From the NCBI GenBank assembly GCA_002104905.1, contig MCFE01000492.1:2830-66829 (forward strand): DNA of 64,000 bases, written 5' to 3'. The translations under genes were made by a program, and so were the position numbers. Shown one piece after another: positions 1-13,500 of the stretch (positions are counted from its first letter, which is position 1; each line of letters starts with the position of its first letter). The notes below the pieces were generated by a model. That model searched no databases and was not told the DNA's origin. It was given only the letters and a program-made list of their open reading frames with translations. Origin of the DNA: Basidiobolus meristosporus CBS 931.73 (lineage: Eukaryota > Fungi > Basidiobolomycota).

Positions 1-2280
1 CAGTCCCATGTCCGCGTGTTTTGGACGCTAGTTGGACAATCAGAGGGTCCGAGCTATGCATTTCTTCCGTCTCTTTGAGTGGATTACTGATAGCTCCGTA
101 AGGGCGGCGTGCTATACTTTGGCGGGGTGCAGAGATGCGATGGAGAATCTCGATTGGAGTGACAAATTCCTGCGCAGTCTGAACGTAGTTGGCTGGTTCA
201 GATAGCAGCTGATGTATGATGCTTTCCTGTACGTTGAAGTCGTTTATCAATTTCTGATACTCCGCCTCTAGCTTTTGGTGGAATTCCTCCTGATGCATCT
301 GAGTGTTTTCTAATCCTAAGCGCTTTCCAGAAGTGCTATGGGGTGCCTTATCATCATCAGTATTGCTGTTATGAGTGATGATGCAGAGCTCGCTTGCTGC
401 AATGCTCTGGAATGCTATCTGATGAGCCCCAGGAGCTCTAGCCAATTTTCGTAACCGGTCGATCTCATCTTGTAGAATTTGTCTCTCGAGCGCTACAGAC
501 TTTTTGATTCCTTGCAGTTGATGAATTGCTTGTTTCCACTTCCTGGACGCATCTTCAGTCTCGTTCTTGAAAAGCTGGTTCTGATATTTTAAGTACGTTA
601 TATAGCTGCTTTCTTGTTCTCGCGGCTCGGAGCATTCTAAAGTAGGGCCTATAGTTCTACTACACTCTTCGGATGTCGACAATTCTAAGTGGAGGTTTTT
701 TTCATTTTCGACCTCAGAAATCTGTTGATAATCGTGAGATAGCGTGTTTAATGTTTGGATGCCAGCTCCCTTGAGCGCATCATCCAAGTCTTGTCGCAAG
801 CCATCAACAACACCTCTCAAATATTGGTTTTCTTCTTTCAGCTCATCCACTTCATGCTCGAGTATCTGAGCAAATGAGATCTCTTGTTCCAATTTCGAGA
901 TGTGTGCCTCAAATGCCGCCCGTTCCTGCTGATATCTCTTTTGTCCTATAGCGTAATGCTCCAGATGCATTTCGCCTTTCAAAAGCTCATCTTCTCGGAA
1001 TCTCAACTGAAGCTGCAGTTTCTCGGTTTCCTCTTTCTTCTCATCATATTGGAGACGTAAGTCGCTATATAAATTCTTATGATGGGAGAGAACCCTGGAG
1101 ATTGAGCCGATTTCGGACTCCAGCTAAAGAATAAATCAGTGGTCAGACAATATATATCGCAGAGGGAAACAACGATGGTACCATGCATATCTGTTGCAGC
1201 TGGGCTCTTTCGTTACTTTTGTATTCTTGAATTTCACGTCTCCTAGCTGTCAACTGCACCTTCATATCATCCACACGACCCTGAAGCTCTGAAATACGTT
1301 CCTCATGCTGACGGACTGAAAGTGTGAGATTCTTTTCGGTTTGTTGAAGTCGTTTATTCAGCGCAAGGGTGATTCGAGTCAAGTTTCCGATCTGCGAAGC
1401 CGCGTCGTTAGACTGCTCAAAAACAGTAAGTATGAATGAGTCGGCAAAACACAGGATAATTACTCACATTCATTCCAGGGCTACTAAAGTCTTTTTCCGC
1501 TGGGTGTGGCCGGTCAAGATTCTCTCGGTCATATGGCTCCGTGAGGCTATCACGATAGCTGGTGGGTTCGCCAGTGAATCTGGAGGTGATCTGCAGAGTA
1601 GTTCAGTTTTGCGTTCAGAGTATAGGGCTACTAACTGAATGGAGTACCTCTTTATGGAGATGGAAGTGGCTACACGATTCGACACAGGCTCCCTCAATCG
1701 AATACATTGAATGCGCGCGTTGGTCCTCGAACCCGCTCAAGATCGGCAGCACATAAATATCACGCTTCTTGTCAGCTTCTATGTAACAAAAGGATGTTGA
1801 GTACAGGAGTATTGCACAGAATTGAGCTGAAAAGCTGAGATACCTGCAGCAGCTTTACGGGTTGAAAGTGCTCGTGTGACTGGAGCAGTTCTTTGGCGTG
1901 AAGCCAGTGGGGAATGTGCGTGAGCGAAGCCCAAAGTGGAGTGTGGTCTAGGTGCAGTAGCAGAGCGTCTGCCCTTTACAGCGCTTCTGTTGGGAGTGGT
2001 GTCGGAGGAAAGAGGAAGTGCAGACAGTTGGGAGATAAGGCGATAAAGATCTTCAGGTGTAAGCTCTATCTCGGCATTTTTGGCACAAAATTTCTGTAGT
2101 AAGCCTTTTGGCTCCGAATCCAAAAGGATCACTCCTTGCTCTCGCTCAAATATGTTCAGTATAGGAAATAAGTCCTGCGCCACAATCGACCCCCGACATT
2201 CTTTATCGAATTTAGTGAATATGGCTTCCAAATTGGAGTGAAGAGTAGAAAGTGGACTGGCAGTTTGACTCTGAAATTTT
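1..2280 (-). CDS. Multi-exon protein with N-terminal EF-hand-like pair and long coiled coil, KASH5/Kms-like candidate; 3' end lies outside the window and the start codon is uncertain
   Basis: EAIFTKFDKECRGSIVAQDLFPILNIFEREQG...LTPEDLYRLISQL resembles a degenerate EF-hand pair. Downstream minus-strand exons are heptad-rich (LQQTEKNLTLSVRQHEERISELQGRVDDMKVQL; KWKQAIHQLQGIKKSVALERQILQDEIDRLRKL). The ORF-track start at 2231 is TTG, so a short upstream exon is likely. Confidence 0.6.
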
Positions 2281-2759
2281 AGGAGGCGGCTTTAGTACTG
2301 CAATCCGTAACAACCGAGAGCATTTCCATAGAGCTTAAAGAATATCAAAGCATTGGGTGGTTGTAGAACAGCAAGTTATTGCCTAACCAACTGTCCATAT
2401 GCGACTAAATGTACAAGACTCTTTTTTACCTTTATGTGTACGTCTCTGCCAGTATATCCAGCTCGAATAGTCGACATAGTTACTATGTTCCCAAATCCAA
2501 CTAGGGAACAGCGAAAAAGTTATAATTGTACTATTAAAAGGAAAAGAATTAAACGAAGGAATCAATTCTACGGGCCACTCACAGGGGGGTAATATGTTCA
2601 AAAAAAGGAGGCGGCCGAGGGGAACTTGCGAGGGATGAGAGACAGAAGAGGTTGGCTGGATCCCAACTAATATTGGGATCAAGGGTATTGCATACATAAT
2701 ATCAGAGTTTAAATATATCTAGAGGCATTGGCATGAATTTACTGTGGTCCAGTATGATG

Positions 2760-3900
2760 AATGTACCATGATGGTTGATAGACATCATGAGGTTGACCAG
2801 CAATCATCACTGATCTAATGAGTGGCCATTAATGATGCACATTGCACATGTGGATGAAACAAGTATATCGTCGTTGGTGAATCCCCATGTAAATTGCAGA
2901 GCCAGTAGAGCGTTGCTCAAATTCCACCCACATGAGCTCAGGTGTAGGCATACATTGACAATTACACAAATGCGTCGCCCCTTTCCCACGGGTTGCTCTA
3001 TCCTCCTCTGCAACGCGAAGCATCCTAGTCTGGATTAGAGCCCAACTCTAAACCTCTGTCCTTATTCTTATGCCTGCACTAGATATGCGCTCTATGGATC
3101 AGTGCATCCCGAGTCACATGCATGGCCGATTATAGCTCCCACGGGCCTTCATTGGCCAGCGGGGTTTCTGTTTCATCACAATAATCCGCTGTGTACATCA
3201 AAGGAATGTCTACAATCAACCATGGTTCAGCAAGATATTTCGGCTCAGTGACGTTGTTTGCCATATTTGCACCCAACAATAAATGCATTGCATTGATCAA
3301 GCAAGTCCACCCAAAAGGCCCAATTTGTCGCCATCCACATGGGCCAAGCCTGGTCCAATAATTGAGTATTTTCCAGAGACTTGTTTTATGCATGCTCTGC
3401 GTGACTGCCTAGGTTAATTCCTCCAGCAACCAGTAACCACAGTCACTATAGACGTTCGATCCCCAGTTGGTTTGCATCCAGATTCCAGGTTGCTCCTACG
3501 TTAAGGTTCCAGCGCCAACCTTTAGTTGGTAAACGGGGAGAGTACAGCCATTCAGGTTCTGTTTACAGCGGTGCCGCTTTTCAAAGTGCGCAAATGTTGC
3601 TGTTGAGGGACTTGGCCAACATTAGCCTAATCAGTTTTCAATTACGATCTCTACACTGTCCGCTCATTGTTGCCAATTTAAGCCATTGGTGTTCGCCGCC
3701 ATTTTTCCTTTAGAATGGCGTTTGCATAATTCTACAGATTATTAATAGTGTAGATCTGTTCAGCCATATCAGAATAGTCCCTTATACCAGTCACCTATCT
3801 AGAATCCGCTGAATTCGGATCATTCCAAGGATATCTTCTGCTATCCAACTTATTCCCTCAACAATATCAACAGCATAGTCACCGTACAGTTCGTGGCGCT
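2760..3900 (-). pseudogene. Heavily decayed coding relic, possibly an S9 (dipeptidyl-peptidase V / acylaminoacyl-peptidase-like) serine peptidase
   Basis: Frame-hopping fragments occur in the expected order: QTNWGSNVYSD (cf. NWGGxPYxDL), AWAHVDGDKLGLLGG (cf. VDxDRxxxxGxSYGG), CIYCWVQ (cf. MINWIQG), NEGPWE and ALLALQ. Many stops and frameshifts. Confidence 0.3.
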
Positions 3901-3977
3901 ATAGTGTTCCAGTAGCCGATATATGTCTATCTGATATAGTCTGAAGCTATCTCTTTAATATACATAGAAGATTGAAC

Positions 3978-6900
3978 ATGTTTACCTTTCCAACCCCTTG
4001 CGAAAGTTCTTCTTTTTGGGAGGATTTGGAGAGTAATGAGTATTTCGTGATGCAACGTACTCTAGGGTCAAACAATTTTTTATTAAAAAGTGTTCTGGGA
4101 ACCATCCAAAACGTGTAAGTCAGTTTTGGCTTTCTTTTTTCAAGCTTCATACTTACGTCAAGACCGCCATTCTTTCCTTGGAAAACAACCTGCACACTTC
4201 TGCTCCCGTGCATTCATTCCCCTTTGATGTCGACTTAGGTTGGAGACGAAACAAGCCCCTTTTCGTATCTTATTTCGACCCAACAAAAATGGAGATGGGA
4301 TGCATCTGATTGCTGAGGCCAACACCCGCAAGGGTATCGATAAGCCTTGGAAGTGGCTTGAAGGTGACTTTAAGTAGCGCTTATTACCTAGGGGTTGGCT
4401 GAGTACTTATCCACCATATCGCCTTATAGACCACCTGGTTAAAGAATTGGCAGCACTGGATGATCCTTACGAGAAAGAGACGTTTGTTCTGACCAAAGTC
4501 AACTCTCTTGTATCAAGCCTAGATGCTGGCGAAGACACTAACAACGATGAAAAGATGAGGGCTGCCACCAGGGCTTTCAGACAAATCTTTGAGCTGTCGG
4601 CTAGTGAAAGGCTGGTGAACTTCTATTCCTGTGGTTACAACCGCAATTTTATGATCAATCAAGGCTGGATGTATATCAGCGAGCATTATCTATGCTTCTA
4701 TTCGTTTATTCTTGGGATTGAGGCCAAGATCCAAATCTCCCTGAGGGATATTGAGAGCCTACACAAGGAAACGTCAAAAAGAGGCCTGTTGGCAGATTCC
4801 ATCAAAGTGATTACGAGAAGTAAGAATGAGGTAAGTCTCTGGAATTTTCCATCGAAGTGTACACTAAACATCAACTATGACTGTCGATCCAGTACTTCTT
4901 CTCGAATCTGTTCCAACGTGAGGAGGTAGAGTAGCGTGCAAGTAATCTGCTGACCATCCACTCTGGCCTAATTCTCGATTGACATCTAGACCTATGACTT
5001 GTTGGTGCAGCTGACCAACTTGTCGATGCAAAAGCTCTTGCAGAATACTGCCTTGGATTTCGCCCCAGGGTCGTCGCTGGATACTCGGACCACTGCTGAG
5101 CAGCCCAGTATCGCCAAGGGGGCTACCTTCTCCCTGCAAAATTCCCATACTCAGCTGAACAAGATCTCCTTGAAAGAGGATCTCCAGCAACAGAAGCGGA
5201 ACGAGCAGTATCAAGCTAGGTTTCGCCTTCCATCTTCAGAACACTTGATAATCGAGGTAGATGCAATCCTCTCCGTCCCAACCCGTGAGGAGAAGTACCA
5301 AGGGAAACTCGGCTTATCAGAAAATTTCATTACCTTCATGTCGGCAGATACGAACCTCTGCTCAGCAGCAATACCGCTATTTGTCATCCGTAGAGTCGAA
5401 AGGATTAACCCCAAGTCCCATCTGTGTATACTGGCCATCACAACCTGGCACCAGATGAAGATAGTGTTTCAGATACAAGGCTCCAGGAAGTTAGGGGAGA
5501 GTTACTGTTCCGAACTCAAAATCAACCTCAAAGAGCAGGCAAAGGTGATGAAGATCTTAAAGCCATTCCTGAAGACGTGTGTATCGGAGAGTATGCTGAA
5601 AGAGAAAGAAACCCCCGAATATGGAGGGTTGGGATTGAAGTTTGGGTATCCAGGGGACATAAGAAGATCCAAAGAGAAAGGGAAAAACAAGTACTGGTTG
5701 AGCTATCTCAAGGACAACGGCCGTAACCTAACCTTACTGAAATACCCAGACTTCTCTCGGTTGGTGAAGATCGGCCTCCCCAACCATCTTCGGGGCGAAA
5801 TATGGGAGATATGCAGCGGTTCAATTTATCTGAGATGCATGAATCCCGGCTATTACCAAAGAATTCATGATGAGAACGCGGGAAAGGTATCGATCTCAAC
5901 GGGGGAAATCGAGAAGGACTTGAACCGCTCCTTGCCGGAATATGCCGCTTACCAGACTGCAGAAGGAATTGATACGTTGAGAAGAGTTCTCACGGCGTAT
6001 TCTTGGAAGAACCCCGCCCTTGGCTACTGTCAGGCCATGAACATTGTAGCCTCTGCCATATTGATACATATGAGTGAAGAGCAGGCATTCTGGACCATCA
6101 GTATTCTATGCGAGCGATTCCTTCCCGGATACTACAGCACCTCCATGTATGGCGCACTTCTTGATCAATCCATATTCGAGCACCTGGTTGAGCAATGTAT
6201 ACCAGCCCTCCATGAGCATCTGAAGAAAGCCGATATTCAACTGTCGGTGGCATGCCTGCCTTGGTTCTTGAGTCTTTTCATTAACACCATGCCACTCTCA
6301 TTTGCATTTCGAGTGCTAGATTGCTTTTTCATGGACGGGCCGCATGTTCTGTTTCAAATCGCTCTTGCAATTCTCAAGATCAACGAAAGCACTTTGAGCA
6401 AGGCAAAGGATGATGGCGCATTTATTCATGTGCTCAAGCAATACTTCACTAAACTGGACGATCCTCTTTATCCGAACAGCAAGAATCCCCGCGCAAAGCT
6501 TCTAACTAAGTTCCACGAGCTCATGCTGGTGGCGTTCAAAGAATTCGCTGAGATCAACATCGACTGTATCAATGAACTGCGTAAATCTCATCAATTTCGC
6601 ATCGTGCACAACATCGAGAGCTTTACCAAGCGAACGCACATCCGCAATCTCGTCGAAACGTCGAGGTTCAATAAGGAGGAGCTGTCGGTGATCTACGATA
6701 GATTCTACGACATCCAGTTCTACAACAACAAGAAACAGAGTGAGAACCCGGATCTCAAGATGGACTTTTGGGGATTCCAGAAGTTTCTGGCCACCATTGC
6801 CCCTTGGGCAGTAATGGAGACCAGCACTGAATCGCAGCGCCTACTCAAAGGACATGGATCGCTATTAATTCAGAAGAAGACGGTAGGGAGCTCATTTATC

Positions 6901-7704
6901 GAAAAGCTCTTCAAGCATTTTGACCGATCTCGGTGTGGAAGTTTGTCTCTACACGATGTGGCCAACGGGCTCCAAGACATCATGTTTGGTGACTTGATGG
7001 CACAGATCCAGTTCTTTTTTCATCTCCATGACGAGGATGAAGATGGACTATTGTCTAAAGAGGATGTACTGCAAATGTCCGAGAGCTTCCTATTTCTATT
7101 CCGGAATGAGAAAGACGATCGATATCTCCGAGCAGTCTCCAATTTCTTGCAAAACTCAATTCACTACTCGGAATCTCCTCCAAACCCCTCTGAGCCGAAT
7201 TCCAGTGATGCTACGGTGGTAGACGACAGCGTGGATTCTCTCCCGGAGGCAAGCGTCTCTGATGGGAGAGAGGACGCCGAGGATGACAGAATCATTGTGT
7301 CACTGCCTACGTTTCGAATGGTGATTCTTGCTGACGAGACATTGGAGCAATTCTTCGATTACAAATTTGCCGCCTCCATTCAGCTCGCCAAGGACTTTAG
7401 TACTGACCGGCAAAAAGGGCTGGGCCGCGAGATTTTCGAATCGTTGCTGAACGAAGGATTTAAGCTTGCTGATCGAGTCGCCCAGATTCCCAAAACTAAG
7501 CCAGCCCAGGCAAAACTCGCTACCAGTGAGGATTGGATCAATGCATCTGTCACGCCCACCATAATACCCAATCGACCCAAAACCCCTCAAGAGGAGGAAG
7601 ACAACGAGGAAGATGACCTAACGACGGTGGACGATCTACTAAGGCAGTTGGAGGAGCCTCACAAAGAAGAACTGGTGGACGACTTTGAGCATATCGGTAC
7701 GTAG
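3978..7704 (+). CDS. GYP2: Rab GTPase-activating protein with GRAM-GRAM-TBC-EF-hand architecture (Gyp2/Mdr1, TBC1D8/9 family)
   Basis: TBC motifs IEKDLNRS and GYCQAMNI are present, plus GRAM domains (FYSC...QGWMYISEHYLCFYS) and an EF-hand (LHDEDEDGLLSKED). Hand-spliced 5' exons missing from the ORF track: ATG 3978 MFTFPTPCESSSFWEDLESNEYFVMQR...GTIQNV, intron 4115-4238, then APFRILFRP...IDKPWKWLE, matching the TBC1D9 N-terminus. Confidence 0.93.
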
Positions 7705-8292
7705 TATTCCTTATCCTTGTCACAACGCGGTCCCAACTAAGACTGCCAAACAGAGCACACACCGGAAGACAGTCACTACGTATTAGTAAAATAGCAGTGC
7801 CATGTCAGGTGCTTATGATCACGTGGTTTGACTTCAGCCCACTCCTCTCCATATTCGCTGTGTATTAATGGTGTTCTAATAGGATCCATGGATCTGAGGT
7901 GCCGCTTGAGTGCTGAAACTGTCCAAAACCCCGGCATCTGAGATGAATTTACAACTTGTCAATTTATTTAGTTATATATATGCATATATAGCGCCATGGT
8001 GAAGGAAAACAAACTCGAGTGAATTTGAATATAAACCATGTTCTTCCATACTGTCATGAATCTCATATGAACAATAAGTAAACCAGATTTCCCATGGAAT
8101 AGGAACTTGGCCCTGCGGTACTTATATGTATAATTGACTACACCTGTACACATAAAGATATATATAGTCGCGACATACAACGTGAAGCTCGAAAACGTAA
8201 ATGTGATAATACATAAAGCAAACCATAAACAACTGCTCTGTAGTGGATGAAAGGACCACTTGTAACACCAACCAAGCTGGAAACAAGTCATG

Positions 8293-8958
8293 CTAATTCC
8301 GACTGTTCCTCAGGATTGCATTGGTAGCTTTCACAAAATCGAATGGATGCTTGGTCTTCACTGCAGAAAATCCATCGTACTCCACAGAAGCAAAATTGCT
8401 TCCATTCTCCATCAGGCCTACGCAAGGAATCCGTCCCTTGGAAGGCGGCGTGAGAGGCTCTTCATCATCGTCATCTTCAAACTCCATTGCGGCCGGATCC
8501 AAAGTCTGTATTACTGGCGGTGAGGATCGCTGACGCGCTGTGGACTTATAAAGCATACCCTCCAACGAGCACACTTTAACAAGTGCCCTGCGATTTTCGC
8601 TTCGAACTCGGCTCAGTTCTTCGTCTTTTTGAGAGATGATTTGACGCAGAGCCTGGGCGGTGAGTTTTGCCTGACCAAGCTCTCTAGAGACCGCCCTGTT
8701 CTGCTCGAAAAGGTATTGATTCTCAATACGTAAACGCTGCAACTCCGGGATCAGTTGATTGGCAAGCGCCTCGTCGTCCTCGAAATCCTTCTCCGGCTCT
8801 ACGCCTGTATCGACAATTCGGAAGGTACGATAGACGGGGATTATACCCAACTTGCCTTCCCTCGGGGCTGCTTTAGAAGGCGAGCGACTTCTGGATTCCG
8901 ATGTGGCCGACACCGATCCCTTCTCGTTTTTCGTGACTTTTTTCAACAAGGAGGTCAT
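8293..8958 (-). CDS. Hypothetical protein with central coiled coil
   Basis: 221-aa ATG-initiated ORF with a heptad segment (LIPELQRLRIENQYLFEQNRAVSRELGQAKLTAQALRQIISQKDEEL) and an acidic tract; no family recognised. Confidence 0.7.
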   Translation of the reverse strand: MTSLLKKVTKNEKGSVSATSESRSRSPSKAAPREGKLGIIPVYRTFRIVDTGVEPEKDFEDDEALANQLIPELQRLRIENQYLFEQNRAVSRELGQAKLTAQALRQIISQKDEELSRVRSENRRALVKVCSLEGMLYKSTARQRSSPPVIQTLDPAAMEFEDDDDEEPLTPPSKGRIPCVGLMENGSNFASVEYDGFSAVKTKHPFDFVKATNAILRNSRN

Positions 8959-10644
8959 CGTATTCGTCTTTCTCTCCGTAATTAGTGACGTTTGAAAGCC
9001 GCGAACTGGTTAAATGACACCAATGAGGGTTATTCCACGGTGGCTGTGGAACAGGAACGAATAAGTATCGACGTTCAACCAGGAGTGAGTAATAAGCGCA
9101 GGCCAAGTTAGCCTTGGAGAGAGCCCTTATGTATACTTATTAGCCTAAGCTAGGAGTTAGTACACTTCAAGGGCATACCTGATACAAGTCTTACTTACGT
9201 GGTTAATATATCAGGACAGTTGCTGTAAAATCTCACGCTCAAACTCCCATCAATCTGAAATGGGATAGGTAGTTGATGATGCCTTAAATGGGTTGTACCT
9301 CACGAAGGAGCCGGATTGGGTTGACTTATTCTGAACTATCTTTGAGGCCGGTCTTAGCAATAAAGTAATCCACTCGGCAACCAATCGATTAAGCTTTTAT
9401 TGACAGGTTAGGGTGGTGAGACCGAGAGGGCAAGTGAAAGTGGGAGTGTGTGAGAATGAGAAAGAGAAGGAAAAAGGAGGAAGAAAGCTGGTATTGACAC
9501 AATCTTCGCCTAAGGTTTAATATTTATAGTAGGAATAATATGTCAAACACCTCTACTGGAGCATACATTTATATACTTCTATACATTTCGCATTGATTTA
9601 ATCTCCAATGAACGGTACATATATGATGATCAAGATGCTTGTTTCCACACAAATGCTGCTCCCACTTGATAGACTCTATGCGAGTTTAAGCAACATACGA
9701 GAAATAACAAACCTTCGCTGCAGTGGTCTGCCACACTGCCGGGGCTGGTATTGGAAACATTCGTTGGGAATAGCCCACGATGCATCCCCAATTGGGCAAT
9801 TGAATTCAAGCTGTTTCATGGAGGCGGCCTAGATGTTAGGATTTGAGTCTTCTCCAGTCCGACGTGCTTTTTTACGTTGCTCTCAAACTCTACGAAAACA
9901 CTCCCCACCAGACAACGAATGCTTATGGCGTCCGTGTTCCGATACAATCATAGCAACAGAGATCTGATCAATCGTCATTGCTTACCCACACATACACTCA
10001 TGCACATGATACTTGCCAAGTCAATAACGTCCATTCCCTTAATGCTGAGTTCCAACCTGGCTGGCCAGATTCCCAGTACCACAGATTTCGTTGGGTGAAA
10101 TGCCAAGCTTGTGCCAACCATTTTCCCTTGGTTGCCATCTACCTCACAGTTGGCAATGCCGAATAAATCTCAATTGATACTTCTCAAGATCCAACAGGGT
10201 CCGATTTTTCACTCAATGGGTACAGATTCATAGTCAGTGCAGGCTTCACTTCACTTTAAGCCCTTCCCCTCCCCTTCTTACCATATGTTAGTTGTAAATC
10301 ACCAACAACACTGCTGCTTCGTCTTTGCCGCAAACCTGGTAGCCTACCTAATCCGCACCACTATGGGGGCTGCAGATGCATCATCAAGTAGCAATTATTT
10401 CGGGATGGTGGTTGGTTTATTTTCGAATGGCTGGTTCAAGCACTTTCTGAATTACGTCTAAAATGAAAGACTCTATGGAAAGAGAAAAGAAAAATACCCT
10501 TCTACAAGGCCCGTTCTTACATGGTACTAACCTATAGAATTTACAAGAGGGAAACTAGAGACTGAAATATCAGCCTCAAATAGGTGCGAGTCCACTGATC
10601 ATACTCGGCTGGAGTCGTACACTTGGCTGGCTCGCACCAACTGT

Positions 10645-12761
10645 TTAGATTTTTCTTTTCACCAAGGTCATGACACTTTCAATATGCTTGGTTTGGGGAA
10701 ATAGATCGAAGGGAGTGATATCGACAGCATCGTACATTGGCAATGGGTTCTCGGGAGCACTTTCGCTGGCTTTCTTGTGGATGTATGCCAGATCTCTGGC
10801 CTGGGTTTGAACGTTGCAACTAACGTAAACAATACGTGCTGGTGCGAAATTGAGAAGCTGGTCGAGGAAACTCTCACTGCAACCCTTGCGAGGAGGGTCA
10901 ATCACCATAGCACTCTCGTCCCCGTCAAACTGAACCTCTTTGAAAATCTCTTCGGCATCTCCTACGATAAATTCGCAGTTCTTGATGTTGTTAAGTTCAA
11001 CGTTCTGCTTAGCGTAGTTGACTGAGTCGCGGGAAATTTCAACACCTGGTAGTGGAAAAGTTAGAATATGCGATCCCCGTCAAGCAGTCTGGAATCCACC
11101 CACCTAATACTTTGTCAAACTTAGCATGACATGAGATGGCGAACAATCCGGATCCACAGTAAGCATCGACCATGTATTTGATTTTATCCTCTTCAGAGGC
11201 TTGCAAGTGGTCAGATGCGTATTGAATGAGAAGGGGGAGAATAGAGGCGTTATTTTGGAAGAAAGAGCCTAAATTAGAAAAGAAGTGTCAATGGGACATC
11301 TGTCGGTTTCTTCACTGGCATTCGATATTTACCGGCGGGGAAATCAAAGCGATGTTTGCCAACAAGCTCAGTGACGATCTTTTTATGGTCAGTAATGTAA
11401 CCCTTCTCATAAGTGGCCTCTCCGTTCTCGTCCTTGGTTTCCTGGAGGACGTTAGTCTCTCGAATCAACAGTGTAGCCCCGCGTTTGTAGCTATCCTTGT
11501 TTCTATTGATTAGGTAAAGCATCCGCCGTTAGTAAGCCTCTTCGAGAGTCATCCCAATACTTGCAACTTACTCAAATACATAATCTCTCATGGTGCTGTA
11601 GCCTTTTTGGATGGAAGATGTGCCAATCATGCAATCCTCGATATCCAAGATTTGGCGACGTCCTTGGATGGCAAATCCAATCTCGACCTTCTCCATGGCG
11701 CTTTTGGGCTTTTGGAAATGCGGAGTGAGCTTTGTTCTATATCCAAACTCCATGGGGGACCCAACCACATCGTTGATGGTGAGACCTGTAACATTGGCTA
11801 ATGGGGTGGACCATTAGTACTCTATGCATCAGTCACCAATCAATCAAAATCCTCTTACGAGCAAAATTAGCGAATGCATTCTTGACTACGTTTTTCTTGA
11901 ATGCTTTTTGATTCTGATAGCAAATTGGTGGTGAGATTTGGAGAAAGCGCCAATTGGGCGACACGTATATATACCTCGTAAGTCAAGTGTTGGAACTGGC
12001 AGCCAGAGCATGAGCCAAAGTATTTACATGGAGCCGCAATACGCTCAGGGGAAGGAGTAAGTACTTCTACTAGATCGGCGAAGGAATATCCCCTATTCAA
12101 TATCCATATTAATTATTAGTATCGCTACGCGCATTATTCCTTAACCAAGTGTTCTCACCAGCAAGATCTATAAACTCGGGCGCGAATCTTTTCTCCAGGT
12201 AAGACAAATGGAACTAGTACAACCCATCCGTTCTCCTCGATGATACCCATTCCTTCACCTAATAAAATCCTAAAGTAAGTATCTCCGGGGAAACGCCACC
12301 AAGGAATAGAAAAGTGCAGTACCTGAGGCCGCCAGTTGATGAATGTTAAGTTCGATTTCCTGTAGGTGCTCAAAAGGATTTTGTCTCTCCTCCTCGTTGG
12401 TGTCTTTCTCTTTATCTTCAAGTTTGCTCCAGTAGTTCTTTCTGACCTGATCAATGTCAAATCTCAAAACATCGTCCAGCTCTTTCTTGAGCTTACGTTG
12501 GGATCTCTTTCTTTTCCCGGTGACCTTCTTGGCAGGGGCCTTCTCGGGTTCCTCGGAAGGAAGAGGTACAGGTAGGTTGGGCTGGTTCTCGGCTATCTGA
12601 GTGGTTTCCATTTTGTGATATGAGCTGAAGTTCTTGGTCGCGAATGAGGTGGGTGCGAGCTTGGTTCTCGAGAAATATGGGGAACGAGCTAGGAAGGGCC
12701 GGTTAGGTAAGGTAGCACGTATGTTATGAAAAAACTTCCAGGAAGTTTTGATTGAATGCAT
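10645..12761 (-). CDS. TRM2: tRNA (uracil-5-)-methyltransferase with TRAM domain, multi-exon
   Basis: TRAM-like segment (IEENGWVVLVPFVLPGEKIRARVYR), CKYFGSCSGCQFQHLTYE, GYRTKLTPHF, and C-terminal VIDPPRKGC and RIVYVSCNVQTQARDL...PFDLFPQTKHIESV motifs. Confidence 0.92.
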
Positions 12762-13500
12762 ACACAATTATGAATGGCCGGGCAAGAATAGTGCGTTGGT
12801 TGACACCGATTCTGGGAGTTTTTTTTTTCTTTTTGCTGAGCCCACTTTTTTTCAGATTTTTTCTTGAGGAAATTCACCGGGGCCCCAATCCCGCTGGAAC
12901 ATGGTCGATACTTGAGTGCGGGTGAAATTTCGCGATAAGTTAAGCCAACTTCCAAGCAACCTCCCCCAGACTGGGTTTAATTTAGCCTAATTCATGATGG
13001 ATCCATATGATCAACATGCACCTAACAATGGCTAGATCAATCTTAACTTTAATTCTTATTAACACTTGGCTGGCCTATTTGGCCATCTGGTACTTACCGA
13101 TTAGAGTCCTCAAGATGCCTCTTCTCCCATTCGATAGCTCTGTTTCACAGAGCATAGTCATCTGAAATTACTATACTTCTTGGCGCTACACTCTTTGCAC
13201 GAAATACGCCAATCAGAGGAACATTCGATATTACCATCATGGCCCATTCGGCCAATCGCAGCAAGTTCTGTAAATAGTGCGATGCCTTTAGCAATGTACT
13301 ACCTCACGATCCCCTCGATAGCGCATCTTGATTAATTTATCGAGGTGGTTTTGGAAAAATGTCTTTAATCTATGGTGTCTTTCTAGTATTTCCATTTTGG
13401 TAGGAAAATATCCATTCCACTTCACACCACATACCACATACCACCTGCCCCCGTACCACTTAATACACTTATACCAACACCAACACCGTTCGTTCCATCC

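Noticed and set aside
9600-10170. Protein-like + strand frame (LLQSDVLFYVALKLYEN...PGWPDSQYHRFRW)
   Set aside because: Interrupted by stops, with no recognisable family or splice pattern; cannot be told apart from intergenic noise.
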